DNA of 64,000 bases from Waterburya sp. (GCA_965217895.1 CBDCJV010000002.1:3456001-3520000); one strand, 5' to 3'; positions 49,155 to 60,801 are shown, counted from the first letter of the stretch. Translations and numbers: made by a program. Notes: generated by a model from the sequence alone, not told the origin.

Positions 49155-50468
49155 TCAAAAGATAAATTTCAACTGCAAACCCCATAATTGAGATTCGCTG
49201 CGTAAAATTTCAATCTGTTTAATAAATTCACGAAAATAAAAACGTCTTTCTGCTTCTGATAAATCTAACCAAAATTGAGGCAAAGAAACAGCCTGGGCGA
49301 TCGCCTGAAGATTTCCTGGAGGTAACTGGGCCATTTTGCTTTCTAGTTGAGCTATTTCGGCACGTAATTTATAGTTGCGAAGTTCGACGGTTTCTAGATC
49401 TAAAACTTCTTGTTCTAATAAATTGGGTAATTGAGCAATTGCTGATTGCTTCTGTTTAATTTGCTGTCTTAAAATATCCTCGATCACTTTATTATCTGGT
49501 AGATTTAACTGCTCTACAGCTAGAGGAAGTTCAACGCAAATTTTATTAATAGTTTGATTTAAAACTTGAGTATAAGCGATCGCTTTACACTTAGGTTTTT
49601 GAGGACATTTATGACAGCGTAGATAAAGATATTCAGCTTTTTTTTGATGCTGGGTAACACGAGCAATATTCATCGTTAGCTGACATTGTTGGCAAATAAC
49701 TAATCCTGCTAAGGAACGAGGCGCGCTAGCTGTGCGAGGAGATAAGCTACTATTGCGTCGCAACAAACGATCTATTTGTGCTGCTTCTTCACGGCTGATG
49801 ATTGAGGCATGAGTATTAGAAATCAGCTCTGCTTTTTTATACTTCAAATCCCCTCGATACACGGGGTTTGTCAGCCAGTTACGACCAGTAGAAGGAGAGA
49901 TTTTTTTGCCATAACGCTTTTCTAAATATTTAACCGCACCCCGCAATGAACCAAATAATAAAAATCGCTCGAAAAAATCTTTAACCACTGGCGCGGTGCT
50001 TTTATCAATAATATATTTGTCTTGTCCCCGACGATATCCGTAAGGAGCTTTCCCTGGAGGAGGCAAAATTTTTAAGCGATTACGAGCATGACCTTGCTTT
50101 AGCCGTGTACGCTGCTTATTTGCCTGTATTTGATCCAGGATTTTGGCTATATTAGCTTTTAAGTCGTGACTGCCGTTTTCTGACCACATCCGAGAACTGT
50201 AATCTTGTTCTGTAGCAATAACCTGGATGCCAATTGATTCTAATTGGTTTAGGCGATCGCTAATAATATTAATATTGTCTCCCAATTCTTCTAAGCGACG
50301 AAGCAATAAGATGTCTGGATGTTCGTCGTGACAGTCTGCAAGTAGTTGATTTAACTGCTGATAGTTACCTATATCTTGGTAGACTCGATCTATTTCTAAT
50401 CCCCATATTTCTTTATTTGGTGCAGGTTCTAAAAGAGGATCGCTATAAATATAGGCAATGATTTTCAT
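49155..50468 (-). CDS. Large serine recombinase-family protein with degenerate catalytic motifs
   Basis: PPPGKAPYGY, WLTNPVYRG, H..IIS.E, LAGLVICQQC zinc ribbon, coiled coil. Confidence 0.82.
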   Translation of the reverse strand: MKIIAYIYSDPLLEPAPNKEIWGLEIDRVYQDIGNYQQLNQLLADCHDEHPDILLLRRLEELGDNINIISDRLNQLESIGIQVIATEQDYSSRMWSENGSHDLKANIAKILDQIQANKQRTRLKQGHARNRLKILPPPGKAPYGYRRGQDKYIIDKSTAPVVKDFFERFLLFGSLRGAVKYLEKRYGKKISPSTGRNWLTNPVYRGDLKYKKAELISNTHASIISREEAAQIDRLLRRNSSLSPRTASAPRSLAGLVICQQCQLTMNIARVTQHQKKAEYLYLRCHKCPQKPKCKAIAYTQVLNQTINKICVELPLAVEQLNLPDNKVIEDILRQQIKQKQSAIAQLPNLLEQEVLDLETVELRNYKLRAEIAQLESKMAQLPPGNLQAIAQAVSLPQFWLDLSEAERRFYFREFIKQIEILRSESQLWGLQLKFIF

Positions 50469-50543
50469 TATTCTGTGAAATTTAACAGAAGCGCGATCGC
50501 AATATCTAATACCAAATTAAATTGTATCCGCTACAGATTAATT

Positions 50544-50571
50544 GTAAGGGCGAACGGCCGTTCGCCCCTAC
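50544..50571. repeat. REP-like palindrome GTAAGGGCGAACGGCCGTTCGCCCCTAC
   Basis: Near-perfect palindrome; related copies near 57714 and 61764. Confidence 0.75.
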
Positions 50572-50661
50572 AGAAAACGATGTGTCATGTTGTAAATTTA
50601 AAATGGTATAACTTTATCTGTATCGCGATCGCGAGGTAGCCGATCTATAAATATGTAAGAT

Positions 50662-52086
50662 TTACGCAAAATATTTAATGATTGCTTGAGCAAATTCAGA
50701 GCATTTCAAAGGAGGGTCAACTGGAGGCTCGATCAATCTAGCTAAATCATAGGTAACTTCACTATTAGCGATCGCTTTAGCCAATCCCTTTTGAATTAAA
50801 TCCGCTGCTTCTTGCCAACCCATAAACTCTAGCATCATCACTCCAGAGAGAATCACCGAGCCTGGATTAATCCGATCTAGTCCAGCGTGCTTTGGTGCTG
50901 TGCCGTGGGTAGCCTCAAAGATAGCGCAATCGTCACCTATATTTGCCCCAGGACTCATACCCAAACCACCAACAATCGCTGCTGCCGCATCAGAAATGTA
51001 ATCGCCGTTCAGGTTCATCGTTGCTAAGATGGAATAATCATCAGGGCGGGTTTGAATTTGCTGAAAAATACTGTCAGCAATGCGATCGTTGACCATGATC
51101 TTGCTTTTCCATTTGCCTTCCCCGTGAGTATCCCAAATATTGTCTAAGACTTCTTGAACTTCTTGACCAATTTTTTGCTGTTTTTCTGGAGTTAAAGCAT
51201 CGTATCCAGGTTCTATTTTACGAGCATTATCTTCAATTGAAAGATTACTATTTGCTTCTTTATTGCTTAAAATCCAAGATTCTCGTTCAGTAACACATTC
51301 ACCCCGAAATTCTGTAGTTGCCAATTCATAACCCCAGTCACGAAAAGCACCTTCGGTATATTTCATAATATTACCCTTATGTACTAAAGTAACCTGTCGC
51401 TTGTTTGCAGTCAGTTTTAAAGCGTGCTGAATTGCTTTTCTAATTAAGCGTTGTGAACCAGTTTTGCTAATCGGCTTGATGCCAATCCCCGAATCTAAAG
51501 GAATTTGCTTGTTGCCATGTTCAGGAGTATTAGGAATCAAATCTGTGTTTAGTAAATTAATCAACCTAGTGCCAATTTCGTCCCCTTTTTTCCATTCAAT
51601 ACCCAGATAAATATCCTCGGTATTTTCACGATAAACAATTACGTCGAGCTTTTCAGGATATTTATGAGGAGATGGCGTACCTTGATAGTAACGGCAGGGA
51701 CGCACGCAGGCATAAAGCTGAAATATCTGGCGCAAAGCTACATTTAAGGAACGAATCCCTCCTCCTACAGGAGTTGTTAAAGGACCTTTTATTGCCACGC
51801 CATATTCTTTAATCGCATCTAAAGTATCCTGAGGCAGATATTGATAAGTACCATATTTTTCACAGGCTTCGTCTCCCGCATATATCTTAAACCAATTGAT
51901 TTTACGCTTGTCACCGTAGGCAGTTTTGACCGCTGCATCAATTACAGCTTCGGTAGCTGGCCAAATATCTACTCCTGTACCGTCACCACGAATAAAGGGA
52001 ATGACTGGATCATCAGGAACAATAGGCTTGCCATCTTGAAAAGTTATTTTAGAGCCAGCCTTTGGTGGTGTGAGTTTTTCGTACAT
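50662..52086 (-). CDS. icd: NADP-dependent isocitrate dehydrogenase
   Basis: [39 protein letters not shown]. Confidence 0.98.
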   Translation of the reverse strand: MYEKLTPPKAGSKITFQDGKPIVPDDPVIPFIRGDGTGVDIWPATEAVIDAAVKTAYGDKRKINWFKIYAGDEACEKYGTYQYLPQDTLDAIKEYGVAIKGPLTTPVGGGIRSLNVALRQIFQLYACVRPCRYYQGTPSPHKYPEKLDVIVYRENTEDIYLGIEWKKGDEIGTRLINLLNTDLIPNTPEHGNKQIPLDSGIGIKPISKTGSQRLIRKAIQHALKLTANKRQVTLVHKGNIMKYTEGAFRDWGYELATTEFRGECVTERESWILSNKEANSNLSIEDNARKIEPGYDALTPEKQQKIGQEVQEVLDNIWDTHGEGKWKSKIMVNDRIADSIFQQIQTRPDDYSILATMNLNGDYISDAAAAIVGGLGMSPGANIGDDCAIFEATHGTAPKHAGLDRINPGSVILSGVMMLEFMGWQEAADLIQKGLAKAIANSEVTYDLARLIEPPVDPPLKCSEFAQAIIKYFA

Positions 52087-52304
52087 ACGGTTGTGATTAG
52101 GAAAAAATGAATATAGCTACAGTACAATTAAATCGCTCTGATTTGACAGTAGCAAAATTTTTTAGCTGAAGTCTGTAAATAAAAATAATTATCTTAAAAA
52201 CCTGCATTAAATAATTATTAAGTTTTAAAGGGTGAGAAAATATATATTTAAAGGTGCAAAGATAGAGAATTTAATTTAAATACTTTCTTTAGTAACATAA
52301 AGGC

Positions 52305-53030
52305 ATGAAAAAGATACTAATAGTAGATGACGATTTGATTTTGCGCCAGGTGCTGCAAAATTCTCTAGAACAAAAAGGATACCAAGTTATTTCTGTTGGT
52401 TCTGCTAAAGAGGCTTTGACTAAATTTAATCAGGACGTACCAGATATTATTGTTTCTGATGTATCTATGCCAGAAATGGATGGATTTGAGTTTTGTCGCC
52501 AATTGCGATCGCAAACATCTGGTAAATTAATCCCCTTTATTTTCCTCTCGGCAAAAGATGAATTAGAAGACCGTATTCAAGGACACACGATTGGCGCTGA
52601 CAGTTATCTTACTAAACCTTTTGAAATGAAAGAGTTACTGGCTAACATTGAGGCTTTGATCGAACGTTCTCGTCGAGTCCATGCAGAAATAGTACATCTT
52701 ATTGAACAATTAGTGAACTCTCATCATCCCACCGAAATTGTCACCGATATTGGTCACTATTCCACAAAGGTGAGGCAAAATGCTGAAGCAACCCCAAAAA
52801 ACCAGCCTTCTAGTACTCCCGATCCTCTACCACTAACCCCAGCAGAAGAAAGGGTATTTTGGGAAACTATTCAGGGCTACACTAATAAGCAAATTAGCGA
52901 GCGTCTATTTATTAGTCCTCGAACTGTCCAGACTCATTTAAGTAACATTTTAAATAAGCTTAATTTAAGCAATCGTACTCAGCTTGTTCGTTTTGCCTAC
53001 GAACAAGGATACGAGAAAGTATCGTTTTAG
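52305..53030 (+). CDS. Response regulator with LuxR/NarL HTH
   Basis: ILIVDDD, DVSMP, KPF; LTPAEE...SPRTVQTHLSN. Confidence 0.93.
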   Translation: MKKILIVDDDLILRQVLQNSLEQKGYQVISVGSAKEALTKFNQDVPDIIVSDVSMPEMDGFEFCRQLRSQTSGKLIPFIFLSAKDELEDRIQGHTIGADSYLTKPFEMKELLANIEALIERSRRVHAEIVHLIEQLVNSHHPTEIVTDIGHYSTKVRQNAEATPKNQPSSTPDPLPLTPAEERVFWETIQGYTNKQISERLFISPRTVQTHLSNILNKLNLSNRTQLVRFAYEQGYEKVSF

Positions 53031-53268
53031 ACAAATTTCCCCATAATCGACTGCTGAGCGACAGCTAAATCTAAAAAAGTTAATAAATCCTAATCTGACC
53101 ATTATTTTAAACACTGACTACAGCCAAACCATGATAGGATTTTCATCATAGACAACTAAGTACAAACACTCATCTTTCTTTAGAGCAAAAAAGCGATTTT
53201 GTCTAGAGCTTACTCTGCACCTTCAAAGTTTTAAATAGTGGCAGATTAACCGCCTGAGGAAAATTTAT

Positions 53269-53958
53269 ATGGACGATATTAGAGATTCAAATCACCCAAT
53301 ATACTCAGAATCAGAGAAGAATCAATTAAAGCTAGTTTCTCAATTACTAGAAGCAGGAGAAACTGGTTTAGATGTCTTATCAGATTGGATGATTTCTCTT
53401 AAGGGTGAACTTAGCAATTTAGCTCTGGGCAAGGCTTATCAAGCTCTGTATCAAGATAGTAATCCTGCCGTTCAAGATTTTTTAGCCAACAATTTTCCTC
53501 AAGGTGTTGTTCCTCTCCTCTCAGAGCAAAACACTGACTATCAACCCTTACAGCAATTATTGGCTCAACAAGATTTTCAAGGTGCTGATGTAGTAACTTT
53601 ACAAAAGCTGTGTGAGTTAGCAGGTGCAGCAGCGGTTGAGAGAAAGTGGGTTTACTTTACGGAAATAGAAAACATTTCAACTACAGATTTCCAGACTTTG
53701 GATCGATTATGGTTGATGCACTCTCAAGGAAAGTTTGGTTTTTCTGTACAAAGACGAATTTGGCTATCTGTTGGTAAGGATTTTTCTAAATTGTGGACTA
53801 AGATAGGCTGGAAATCTGAAAATACATGGACACGTTACCCCAAAGAATTTACCTGGAATTTAACTGCTCCTGATGGTCATTTACCTTTATCTAATCAATT
53901 ACGCGGTGTAAGAGTTTTAGATGCTATATTTGCTCATTCAGCTTGGACTAATATTTAG
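53269..53958 (+). CDS. gun4: GUN4 (Mg-chelatase activator, Ycf53)
   Basis: SQGKFGFSVQRRIW, AP.GHLPLSNQLRGVR. Confidence 0.85.
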   Translation: MDDIRDSNHPIYSESEKNQLKLVSQLLEAGETGLDVLSDWMISLKGELSNLALGKAYQALYQDSNPAVQDFLANNFPQGVVPLLSEQNTDYQPLQQLLAQQDFQGADVVTLQKLCELAGAAAVERKWVYFTEIENISTTDFQTLDRLWLMHSQGKFGFSVQRRIWLSVGKDFSKLWTKIGWKSENTWTRYPKEFTWNLTAPDGHLPLSNQLRGVRVLDAIFAHSAWTNI

Positions 53959-53989
53959 ACCTCTTGTCTGAATATATTTTCTCAACAAC

Positions 53990-54190
53990 TCGATTGCCAG
54001 ACAGCGCAATCGAGTTGGTTTCCAAAGGCGACTTTTGTGTGGGAAGCTTCCTATATAACCTCGTCAGTTTGCTCAACGGGGGAAACCCCCGCAACGCAAC
54101 TGACTCGCAAAACGCGCCGTACAAAGAGCGACTAGCGACCCCGTGCCGACACAAGGCGCAAGGATACACGCTGCGATACGCACCCCTCTC
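53990..54190. repeat. Cluster of short GC-rich dispersed repeats
   Basis: CAGTTTGCT..GGGGGAAACCCCC..GCAACTG unit and reverse copy of the CCTTGCGCCTTG.GTCGGC.CGGGGTC unit seen at 41117. Confidence 0.7.
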
Positions 54191-54597
54191 CTTCAACACC
54201 AGTTTCCAATTCCTGACTCCATACATATAGCAATACGTACTTATATTAGGACACTTGTTACTTGTTACTTTTTACTTTTTACTTACAAGCAATTAAATTT
54301 TCTGTCCTAACCAGTCAACGTACTGCGATACAAGTCCTTTATGACTTCTAACTTGAAGCAAAGAACGCGCAGCCAATCTTTGAGAGCTGACTTAATTTTT
54401 AACGATTTCTGCTAAAAATGTTCGTTCAAGCAGATTTTCGGGAACTTTAAAAGGAGCAAGCTAATAAAAGCATAAGTTCTCTTTCATTTACTAGAAAAGA
54501 ATTTAATGATCTAAAATTAGCAATCTAGTCTATATGTTCATTTTTATAACTTGAAAGTCCATATACAATAACTTTTATTAAAAATTAAGTAATACCA

Positions 54598-56199
54598 GTG
54601 GAAGCAGTAGATTTAGGGTTAGCAGTCACCAATATGACTAAGCCACAAAACCAACTTTTTTGCCGTTTAGATGGTCTTACTTCCTCAACGAGAGAGCAGC
54701 TAAGATTAACCACTTTAAGTCAACTAGGCTTATTGGTTTCTGAATCTGTTCCTGTTTTTGAAGAAGTGACCCAAAAAGCTGCAACTTTTGCCAATGCGCC
54801 AATATCTATTTTAGGTTTGGCTATTGAAGGTGAACTATGGTTTAAATCAGCAGTTGGTCTATCAACAACTGGTTTAATGAATCAGTTGGCATCTCAACGT
54901 AAAATATCTCTTGATGAGTCTTTTAGTAGTTATGTTATTGATAGTCAGCAGCCATTAGTTATCGATAATACTTTAAGTAATGCTGTTTTTGCCCATAGTG
55001 TTTTGACTCAGCATTATGGGATTCGAGCTTATTTGGGAGTTCCTCTGATTAGTTCTGATGATTTGTGTATTGGAACTCTAGAAGTGATGGACTGGAAAAC
55101 TAGAAGGTTTAATGAGCGCGACATCGATTATTTAGCTTTACTAGCTCGCTGGTGTTTAGGGGAATTTGAACGTCATCAAAATATCAAAACTCAAGAAGCA
55201 AATTTTTCGGGTTTTACTCAACCAGAATGGCAAAAAGCTAATGGCTCGATCTTGCCTGATACAGTAAATTTGGGTTCAAGTAACTGTGCAGTTGCGGGGA
55301 AAAATTTCATTCATACAAATCAATTTAGTGAAGATAGTCAAGCCCCGCTAAAAGTTGCCACTAATCCAATTAAAATTAAGCTCTTATCTCAACTAACCCA
55401 AGAGTTAAAAACTCCTCTGACTTCAGTAATTGGTATGGCGAGCGTGCTGCATCGCGAAGTGTATGGACCTTTGACCGTTAAGCAAAGAGAATATCTAGAA
55501 ATTATTCATGATAGTGGTCAAAATTTGATTAACTTGGTAGATGAAATTGTCAGTCTAGGAATTTTAAACGCGCAAAATTCAGAGATTAACACCACAGCAG
55601 TAGATATTGAAATGCTTTGTCAGCAGGTAATTAATAGTTTGGAAGATAGCGCTAAACAGCATCAGCAAGCATTATGTCTTTCTATAGAGCCTGGCAACAG
55701 AATTTGGTCTTTAGATAAGGAAAAAGTACGACAAGCTCTTTACTATTTAATTACCAGTATTTTGGAAATGTCGGAAGCTGGCGGAGAAATAAAAATTCAT
55801 GTTTCTCGTAGAAATAAAGCCTTAAATATTGCCGTAGGTATTTCTCATCCTTGGTTAGGAGAAAATTTTGGCGAATCAAATCTTCATTCTCAGGCGATCG
55901 CCAAGGCTTTGAGTCTAAATCAAGATAATTCTCAAAACCTCGATGGTTTTAATGCGGGAATGAGCGATATTGCTGTAAGTAATCATCAAATATTAACCTC
56001 TGCTGCGTTAATGATGGTTATTAATGAGGAAGATTCTTTGGATAAAGTGGTTAATAAAATTCCCCGTGATGTTTTGGGACTATTGTTTTGCTGTCATTTA
56101 ACCGAAATACATGAAGGATATGTAGTTGTTCAAGGTTCGCTTAATTCTAGTTATCGTTATGTGCTGCAATTTCCGAAAACTTATTCGGCAGATAAGTAA
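54598..56199 (+). CDS. GAF-domain histidine kinase-like protein lacking the phospho-acceptor His
   Basis: GAF (GIRAYLGVPL..IGTL); H-box reads LTQELKTPLTS. Confidence 0.82.
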   Translation: MEAVDLGLAVTNMTKPQNQLFCRLDGLTSSTREQLRLTTLSQLGLLVSESVPVFEEVTQKAATFANAPISILGLAIEGELWFKSAVGLSTTGLMNQLASQRKISLDESFSSYVIDSQQPLVIDNTLSNAVFAHSVLTQHYGIRAYLGVPLISSDDLCIGTLEVMDWKTRRFNERDIDYLALLARWCLGEFERHQNIKTQEANFSGFTQPEWQKANGSILPDTVNLGSSNCAVAGKNFIHTNQFSEDSQAPLKVATNPIKIKLLSQLTQELKTPLTSVIGMASVLHREVYGPLTVKQREYLEIIHDSGQNLINLVDEIVSLGILNAQNSEINTTAVDIEMLCQQVINSLEDSAKQHQQALCLSIEPGNRIWSLDKEKVRQALYYLITSILEMSEAGGEIKIHVSRRNKALNIAVGISHPWLGENFGESNLHSQAIAKALSLNQDNSQNLDGFNAGMSDIAVSNHQILTSAALMMVINEEDSLDKVVNKIPRDVLGLLFCCHLTEIHEGYVVVQGSLNSSYRYVLQFPKTYSADK

Positions 56200-56261
56200 A
56201 ATCTGAATATAAGCAATACGTGGTTTAGGATAAGGATGTTCAATTTTACTCAATCCTATCT

Positions 56262-57644
56262 ATGAAATCGGCTTGGTTAACCATCATGCTTTCAAAGCCA
56301 CAGTTGCATCAGTGGCGCAAAGGTAGCTATCTTCATCGATCAGTTGGCGTTTTAGCTAGCTGGCGACAGGGAAGTTGGCTGCTGCAATGGTCTGAGGCAA
56401 TTGGAGCTTGCTTAATTAGCCTGGTTTTTGTATTTGCACCTTTTGTTTCTACTGCTTTAATTGGTGTTTTGTTGCTTGCTGTTGCAGCCTACTGGGTTGT
56501 AATTACTATTTCTACAGCTAAAAAAGAAACGCTCAGCATTACGCCGATTCATATTTTAGTTTTTTTGTACTGGTGCATAGCGGCGATCGCCACAGCTTTT
56601 TCTCCCGTTAAGTCTGCTGCCTTAAATGGTCTAGTAACCTTGACTATTTATTTAATTTTGTTTGCTTTAGCAGCACAACTATTGCGATCGCCTAAACTAT
56701 ATAACTGGATTATCACTAGCTATTTATTAACTGCTTTGGTAGTTAGTTCTTATGGCGTGCGCCAGGAGTTTTTTGGCGTACAGCAGTTAGCCACCTGGAA
56801 CGATCCTACCTCACCCTTGGCAAACGAGACGAGAGTTTATAGCTACTTAGGCAATCCTAATTTGTTGGGAGGATATTTATTACCAGCGATCGCTTTAAGC
56901 ATAGCTGCGGTTTTTATGTGGCGTGGTTGGATTAAAAAAACTTTAGCGGTAACTATGGTAATAATTAATTCGAGCTGTCTATATTTTACTGGTAGTCGTG
57001 GAGCATGGTTGGCGATGACAGTATTAATTAGTGTAATGCTGCTGCTGTTTTACTATTGGTGGCGTGAATATTTACCTCGCTTCTGGCAAATTTGGTTATT
57101 ACCTTTGGTATTTGGCAGTTTGGCAGGAATGTTTATCTTGGCATTTATTTCTCTAGAGCCTTTACGCATCAGAGTTATGAGTATTTTTGCAGGTAGAGGA
57201 GACAGCAGCAATAATTTTCGGATTAACGTTTGGCAAGCCTGTTTCAAAATTATTGAAGACTACCCAATAATTGGCATTGGACCAGGACATGATGCTTTTA
57301 ATAAAATTTATCCCCGCTACATGGACTCACGCTATCCTGCCCTAAGTGCCTATTCAATCTATTTAGAACATCTGGTAGAAATGGGCTACATTGGCTTGGG
57401 GTGCTTTGTCTGGCTCTTGGTAGTCACATTTAATCATGGCATAGGTCAATTAATTCGTTTACGTCAGAGCAAAAACAAAAGAGGAATCTATCTAATTGCT
57501 GCGATCGCTGCGATCGCTAGTCTGTCTCTTCATGGCTTTGTGGACACAGTTTGGTATCGCCCGCAAATTAATACACTCTGGTGGTTGACCTTAGCCATTA
57601 TTGCTAGCTTCTACGACGATGTTAATACAATCAAAAATCAATAA
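56262..57644 (+). CDS. ictB: IctB family (O-antigen ligase-like) membrane protein
   Basis: QLATWNDP, RVYSYLGNPNLL, DSSNNFRINVW, DTVWYRPQ. Confidence 0.92.
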   Translation: MKSAWLTIMLSKPQLHQWRKGSYLHRSVGVLASWRQGSWLLQWSEAIGACLISLVFVFAPFVSTALIGVLLLAVAAYWVVITISTAKKETLSITPIHILVFLYWCIAAIATAFSPVKSAALNGLVTLTIYLILFALAAQLLRSPKLYNWIITSYLLTALVVSSYGVRQEFFGVQQLATWNDPTSPLANETRVYSYLGNPNLLGGYLLPAIALSIAAVFMWRGWIKKTLAVTMVIINSSCLYFTGSRGAWLAMTVLISVMLLLFYYWWREYLPRFWQIWLLPLVFGSLAGMFILAFISLEPLRIRVMSIFAGRGDSSNNFRINVWQACFKIIEDYPIIGIGPGHDAFNKIYPRYMDSRYPALSAYSIYLEHLVEMGYIGLGCFVWLLVVTFNHGIGQLIRLRQSKNKRGIYLIAAIAAIASLSLHGFVDTVWYRPQINTLWWLTLAIIASFYDDVNTIKNQ

Positions 57645-57752
57645 GTAGGGTGGGCAATCTAAAAATAAAGTGTGTCAATTCATATTAAAACCAAATTTGC
57701 CCACCTTACCAGTTAGGGGCGAACGGCCGTTCGCCCGTACATCAGCAATTAT

Positions 57753-58220
57753 TTAATCTCGTTTCATAGCTCTTGCCATAGCTCTTTCATCGTCGCGTTT
57801 TTTCGATGTTTCTCGCTTGTCGTGTAGTTTTTTACCTTTACCTAAACCGATGACAATTTTAACCCTGCCTTTTTTGAAGTACATTTTCAAGGGAACAAGA
57901 GTTAAACCTTTTTGTTCGGTTTGCCCAATGAGTTTATTAATTTCTTTACGGTGGAGCAGTAATTTACGAACACGACGAGCCTCATGGTTAAAATGAGTCC
58001 CTCCTGCTTGATAGGGAGAAATATGAACATTACTCAACCAAGCTTCACCGTTTTTGATAAAAGCATAACCGTCTCTAAGATTAACTTTTCCTGCTCGGAT
58101 TGACTTTACTTCTGTACCAACTAATTCAATTCCTGCTTCGTAGGTTTCGAGAATTTCGTAAAGATAACGAGCCTGACGATTATCACTAACAATTTTGACT
58201 CCTGGGTTGTTTTCAGCCAT
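57753..58220 (-). CDS. smpB: SsrA-binding protein
   Basis: [34 protein letters not shown]. Confidence 0.98.
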   Translation of the reverse strand: MAENNPGVKIVSDNRQARYLYEILETYEAGIELVGTEVKSIRAGKVNLRDGYAFIKNGEAWLSNVHISPYQAGGTHFNHEARRVRKLLLHRKEINKLIGQTEQKGLTLVPLKMYFKKGRVKIVIGLGKGKKLHDKRETSKKRDDERAMARAMKRD

Positions 58221-58295
58221 GCTTATACTTCTAAAATCTGGACTTGTTGAGGACTTATTAGTATATCATTCAGCTTTTAGTCGGGCTTGTCATCA

Positions 58296-58967
58296 CTACT
58301 GAAGACAGTTTTTGGGATCGCAAGAAACTTCTATAGCTGCGATCGCTGCATCATCACGATATTTATCAGTTGTATAAGAAACACCTGGATATTTGGGATA
58401 AATACCAGAGAATCCTATGCCATTGGCAATCAATTTAAAGGATGAGGCTCTAAAACGGATATTCTCAGAATTCTGCTCTTTAAAGGTGATGTACTCTGAT
58501 TCAGCTTCACTATTGTAAGTTAAGACAGCATCTCCATAAATCTCTTCTGCTTCCTTAATTAGCGTACCTACTTTTATTCCTGCTTTAGTTTGATAGCGAT
58601 CGTTAGCAGTTAACAATGTAGTAATAGGATCGTCATCAGAAAGAGTTGCCCGCCTAGGGTTAGAAGCCGTTCCTGTTGGATAAAGAATATAATATTGAAC
58701 AATATCTTTTTGACTAACGGCGATCGCATTAGTATCAACCGTAAAAGATGATATCACTTCAAATTTAGTATCTGGTGATATTTGTTTTAATTGACCCAAA
58801 GTCATGCCAAGCTTAGCTTTGCCTATGCCACTAGAAGATATGAGAACTTTTTCTTTTACAGTTGTTGCTGCATTAACTTGGCTAATCTTCACACCAGATT
58901 GAGCATTAATAGTTTTGGCTTGACAAGCTGACAAAAGCAGCAAGGTCAACAAAATAATTCTTTTCAT
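58296..58967 (-). CDS. Hypothetical lipoprotein
   Basis: LSAC lipobox; GIGKAKLGMT motif. Confidence 0.75.
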   Translation of the reverse strand: MKRIILLTLLLLSACQAKTINAQSGVKISQVNAATTVKEKVLISSSGIGKAKLGMTLGQLKQISPDTKFEVISSFTVDTNAIAVSQKDIVQYYILYPTGTASNPRRATLSDDDPITTLLTANDRYQTKAGIKVGTLIKEAEEIYGDAVLTYNSEAESEYITFKEQNSENIRFRASSFKLIANGIGFSGIYPKYPGVSYTTDKYRDDAAIAAIEVSCDPKNCLQ

Positions 58968-59073
58968 TGAAATATCGTAATTTCTTAAAGGGAATGCTCA
59001 CCAAGACGGCTTAAAGCTTAAGGCTTAGAGCTATCTTAACTAATCAATTGTCTTAACCCGAACTGAGGTTAAA

Positions 59074-60801
59074 TTAAATGCCATGACTTTTGCCAATTAC
59101 CCAGTGGCGACGAAAAAAGCGAGAGAGGCTAGATTCTTCGAGGGAAAGATAAATCGGTCTACCGTGGGGACAGGTGCGAGGATTACGAGTAGCTTGCCAT
59201 AAATCCAATAGATTTTGCATTTCTTTGATACTTAGAGCTGTACCGTTACGAATTGCGCTACGACAGGCACTAGCTACTTGAGCCGATCGCAAATCTCCTC
59301 CCCAGCTTAACTCAATTAAAGCATCAGCACAGTCATCTCGATTAGCAAGTATTTTCGGTGCATTGCGAATTGCCCAAATGTTCTCGCCAAAAAGTTCGAC
59401 GTTAATTTTTAGTTTCTGCAATTGCTCAAGCTGAGATTGTCTTAAATATTCTAAAGTAATGGGGGTTGTTAAAGATACTAATTCCCAGCAGCTACAAAGC
59501 TGCTCGTATAATACTCTTTCGTGGGCAATATGCTGTTCAACTAGCCATACTCCAGAAGAATGTTCCGCTACAATATAGGTTTTGTTGACTTGTGCTACTG
59601 CCTTTAGCTTTAGCGAATTAGGTTGAGAAGATGTGTTTGCTTCCAGTTTTTCGGTGAGATGGCGATCTACCTGATATTTGCCTGAAGCTTCGGCTACCTT
59701 TAACATTCTGCCGATTCGGCGATCGCCTACCGCAGCAGGGAGATTAACTGTATTTAACTTTAAGGCTTGAGAAATTGCTTTGCTAATTTCTGTCTGCCAA
59801 TAAGCAAGAGAGTGAAGATAAATTTCGGTTTTAGCGGGGTGACGATTCCAATCAATTTGGCTAGGGCAGGTATGAAGATGTAATAAACATACAGGAAAGC
59901 GATCGCGTGGTAGGGTTTTTGCCATACTGTTGAGGATAGTCTGTTCTAATTCAGGCGATCGCACATAGCGATTATTGACTGAAACTTTTACCCAATCTGA
60001 CTTATGGCGATGACAGCGATCTGGTAAACCCATGACTAATTCAATCTGGGAATTGGACTGCTGTTGGTTAACTATAAAAGAGGCTAAATTATCCTTTTTA
60101 AAAGGAGTGGGAATTTCTATTTTGAGATGGTGTAAGTCACTACTGCTAATCCTCCTGAGAAATTGCGGTAAAACATCCTTGGCGGTTGCACCTGGACTAA
60201 CGTAAAACCAAGGACTATTATTTTGTTTAATTTGCCAAGTGATTTGTGGATGACACAGGGCAATTTGCTGAATTAGTTTTTGAACTGCCTTTAACTGCTG
60301 ATTCAAGGCGGGCAAACCTCGACGACGTACAGGAAGCTTGGCAAACAAGTTAGAGACGGTGATAATCGTGCCTGTGGCGATCGCTACTGCCGATTCTAGC
60401 TGAGATTTACCCTCAAGGTAATTTACCTTCCAGCCAACAGGATCTGATTGATGCTTAGCGCGACTACAAATATTTAAATCTGCTACTTGAGCAATACTAT
60501 GAAGAGCTTCACCCCTAAATCCTAAACTAGTAATGTGCCACAGGTCTTTACGACTGCGAATCTTGCTGGTGCTGTGGGGTTGAGCGCAGATTCTTAAATC
60601 ATCTAAAGACATTCCCTTGCCATTGTCTATTACCTGAACTTGCCATAGTTCAGGATGCAGAGAAATAGTAATTCTATTTGCCCCTGCATCAAGGGAATTT
60701 TCTACCAACTCTCTTACCACCGCTGCCAAAGAATCAATGACCTCTCCCGCAGCAATGAGATCGATCACCTCATCTGGTAAAGTTTGAATCTCACAAGGCA
60801 T
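59074..60801 (-). CDS. mutL: DNA mismatch repair endonuclease MutL
   Basis: IAAGEVI, ELVENSLDAGA, GFRGEAL, EQHIAHER, ACR, CPHGRP. Confidence 0.97.
   Translation of the reverse strand: MPCEIQTLPDEVIDLIAAGEVIDSLAAVVRELVENSLDAGANRITISLHPELWQVQVIDNGKGMSLDDLRICAQPHSTSKIRSRKDLWHITSLGFRGEALHSIAQVADLNICSRAKHQSDPVGWKVNYLEGKSQLESAVAIATGTIITVSNLFAKLPVRRRGLPALNQQLKAVQKLIQQIALCHPQITWQIKQNNSPWFYVSPGATAKDVLPQFLRRISSSDLHHLKIEIPTPFKKDNLASFIVNQQQSNSQIELVMGLPDRCHRHKSDWVKVSVNNRYVRSPELEQTILNSMAKTLPRDRFPVCLLHLHTCPSQIDWNRHPAKTEIYLHSLAYWQTEISKAISQALKLNTVNLPAAVGDRRIGRMLKVAEASGKYQVDRHLTEKLEANTSSQPNSLKLKAVAQVNKTYIVAEHSSGVWLVEQHIAHERVLYEQLCSCWELVSLTTPITLEYLRQSQLEQLQKLKINVELFGENIWAIRNAPKILANRDDCADALIELSWGGDLRSAQVASACRSAIRNGTALSIKEMQNLLDLWQATRNPRTCPHGRPIYLSLEESSLSRFFRRHWVIGKSHGI

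Noticed and set aside
53948..54230. Overlapping 92-aa and 88-aa ORFs
   Set aside because: They lie on a cluster of GC-rich palindromic repeats and are probably spurious
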